NCBI RefSeq assembly: GCF_039654945.1
Contig: NW_027361899.1
Coordinates: forward strand, 3,410,001 to 3,474,000
Reading direction: 5' to 3'
Source: Dendrobates tinctorius
Lineage: Eukaryota
Length of the DNA: 64,000 nt
In this document: one piece after another, positions 61,878 through 64,000 of the stretch
Numbering within the stretch: the stretch's first letter is position 1
Layout of the letters: every line of letters starts with the position of its first letter
Position numbers and translations under genes: made by a program
The notes under the pieces: generated by a model
Told to the model about the DNA's origin: nothing
The model's input: the letters and a program-made list of their open reading frames with translations, nothing else
Databases searched by the model: none

Positions 61878-64000
61878 GCTGTGAGGTTGTGTTGTGTGGA
61901 TCTCCTCATGTCTGGAGAAAGCCCGGGGATTGGTCACCCTGGGCGGGGAAGCTCCCCTGGCAAGGCCCAGGCTTCCCGGCCTACACTGGGACAACCCTCC
62001 CAGGCTTCTACCAATGGGAATGTTAATCCCAAAGCCGCTGTGAGTCCAGTGAATGCAGCGAGTCAAAGCTGCAGCAGTTCTATGAAGAAGGAAACAGTTG
62101 TGAGTAAAGTTTTGGGAGGAAAACCTTCTCCAGTTCCAGCAAAGAAACAAGAAGGGAAAGTGTCTGTGAGTGATGGAGTTCAGCTGAATGTGAGGTCTTG
62201 TAGCTCCCCAGTCAGTAAGCAGCTCCTGCCAGGTGCACAGGTGAGATCGGCCCCAGCTGTGCAGATCACCTCTCCTGCTTCCAGGCAGAGACGGACGTCT
62301 TTGGAAAGGCAGACAATGCAGGAGAACCTACAGCAGCATGGCAGTATGGCGCGGTCAGGACGCACACGGTCACAGTCAGGTGGCAGCGATAAACCTGCTG
62401 CGGAGCCTGCATCCAGCCAAGGGGCCACAAAACCATCCGTGGTGGACCCGCACAAGACTGTTCAAAACCCCTGTACCCGTGGTCAAGACTAAGCCTGTGG
62501 GGCCGGCGCGTGCACCCGAGCTGCAGCTAGTGGATGAGATACCAGGACTTGTCCGAAAACTGGGTGAGTTACAGCAGCAAAAAAAAGCGCTGCAAATGGA
62601 GGTAGACTTCATCTATAGTCTAAAGACCACTAATCCTGCCAGTAATGAGGCCTATGACCTGAGACTGAACACACTGGGAGTACAGCTGGCGAGTGTTGTG
62701 CAGGACACTGAGTCTGTGCTGGAGAGCATGGGGCCCCTGGCAGAGACCTACAGGAACCGCGAGCGGTTCGCCTCCTACAAGCAGGACTGTGCTGTAGAGG
62801 CCAGGACCCCTGATGTTCAGGACGGGACCCCCCAGCAGCGGACACGGCCAGTGTTACAGGCTGCCCGCTTCTGCTTCCAGGAGGGGAAAACAACTGCAGC
62901 AGCAGGCAGCTCAGTGTGAACAGGAGCATGCACTTCAGACTCCAGCAGAGGCACCACAGGTCCCAGAGTGCCCCACACAGGAGCAGGACAGTGTATGTGA
63001 GACTGTTTGTGCTGATGAGGCTGAAGCACAGACTGTGGCTGGGGATGCTGTGCCCATGGGGTCGGGGGTTGAAGGGGTTTCACATTCTGTAATGGACGTC
63101 GCACTGTCTGATAATGATGCTGCTTATGATAATGTGCATGATATGTGTGATTATCCCCCTTTGCCATCCAGTCCACAAGGTGTGACAGCCCCCCCTGCTG
63201 CAGGCCCTCTCCCTGTCAGTCAGCCCAGTGTGACCCGGCAGGTGCCCCCCAGGAATGCCTGGAGCCGCGGCGCCCCATCCATCACTTCCAGCGCCAGGTA
63301 TACCGGCCAGACATTCAAACGCATTAATGTGGTGCGGTTTAAATACATAGGTGCCAAGGAGGATCTGCCACAACGCAGGTATGTGGTGAGAGAGCTGCTC
63401 TGCGGCCAGATGGGGTTTGTGGCAAATGAGATCCTGGCAGTGTCTAATCTTCAGGACAGGCAGGGCTACGAGGTCAGCTTCAAGCTCATGTCTGACCTGG
63501 ACAGATTCTGGGCTAATTACCCCAAGTTCAGAGATGCTGAGGGCTGGAATAAGTTTGTGTTGGTTCCTGTCTCCAGGCCGGACACTGTCACAGTGAATAT
63601 CACCTTCTGGAATGAGGCCGTTCCTCCACAGGACATCGAGGTGTGGCTCCGGAGACACTGTGACCTCGTCTCTGGACTCACCAAGGTCAGAGATGAGGAT
63701 GGTATCTGGACAATGGGGTGGCGGGTCTTGGTGAAACTGCGGCAATGTAATAACATCACTGCCCACTTACCCAACTCCTTCTTCATTGGGAGGGAGAAGG
63801 GAAGGTGTTATTATCCCGGGCAACCCAGAAAGTGCTTCAAATGTGGTGGGAAAGGTCATCTGGCTAACGCCTGTACTGTGGTGAAGTGCAGTCTGTGTGG
63901 GGCAATCGGCCATGTCGCTGCAGACTGCCGGGACGTCAGGTACAGCCTCTGTGGTAGGATGGGCCACCCTCACAGGGACTGTCCAGACGCCTGGCACAAC
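61878..64000 (+). mobile_element. 5' part of a Tx1/L1-clade non-LTR retrotransposon, running off the window
   Basis: Abrupt junction in a satellite unit (cctccta|gctgtg); ATG 30 nt downstream; gag-like ORF1 with zinc knuckles. Confidence 0.8.
61908..64000 (+). pseudogene. Frameshifted ORF1 (ZCCHC3-like nucleic-acid-binding protein)
   Basis: Three frames joined by shifts near 62450 and 62885. The final frame is open to 64000: ...HLPNSFFIGREKGRCYYPGQPRKCFKCGGKGHLANAC...CSLCGAIGHVAADC...YSLCGRMGHPHRDCPDAWHN; the third CCHC has C>Y. Confidence 0.8.

Noticed and set aside
61908-64000. Host ZCCHC3 gene
   Set aside because: Two frameshifts, a mutated knuckle and an abrupt insertion into satellite point to a retrotransposon ORF1.

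Overview
Vertebrate nuclear DNA, inferred to be a frog from its repeat repertoire; nothing prokaryotic. The window lies inside a minus-strand MDGA1 gene. Four GT-AG coding exons of 140, 175, 197 and 133 bp (Ig domains 1-2) are present; I found neither exon 1 nor exon 6 onward. About 40% of the window is tandem minisatellite or satellite DNA (units of 19-57 bp), which explains almost all long ORFs in the track. Mobile elements: three copies of a foldback Tc1 derivative made of two left ends, two other Tc1 remnants, a pol-less LTR element with a tRNA-Ser PBS, several probable solo LTRs, CR1 and L2 3' fragments, and the 5' end of a Tx1/L1-type LINE with a ZCCHC3-like ORF1. The most striking observation is a ~575-bp insertion at 54.5-55.1 kb with a 17-bp target-site duplication. 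It carries a type I hammerhead ribozyme fold, and its pieces reassemble into a ~353-nt circularly permuted monomer, making it a candidate frog retrozyme (circular RNA retroelement) integrated with an inversion. Also notable: a ~60-copy array of CTCF-like motifs in intron 1, and long inverted repeats flanking in-frame exon pairs.
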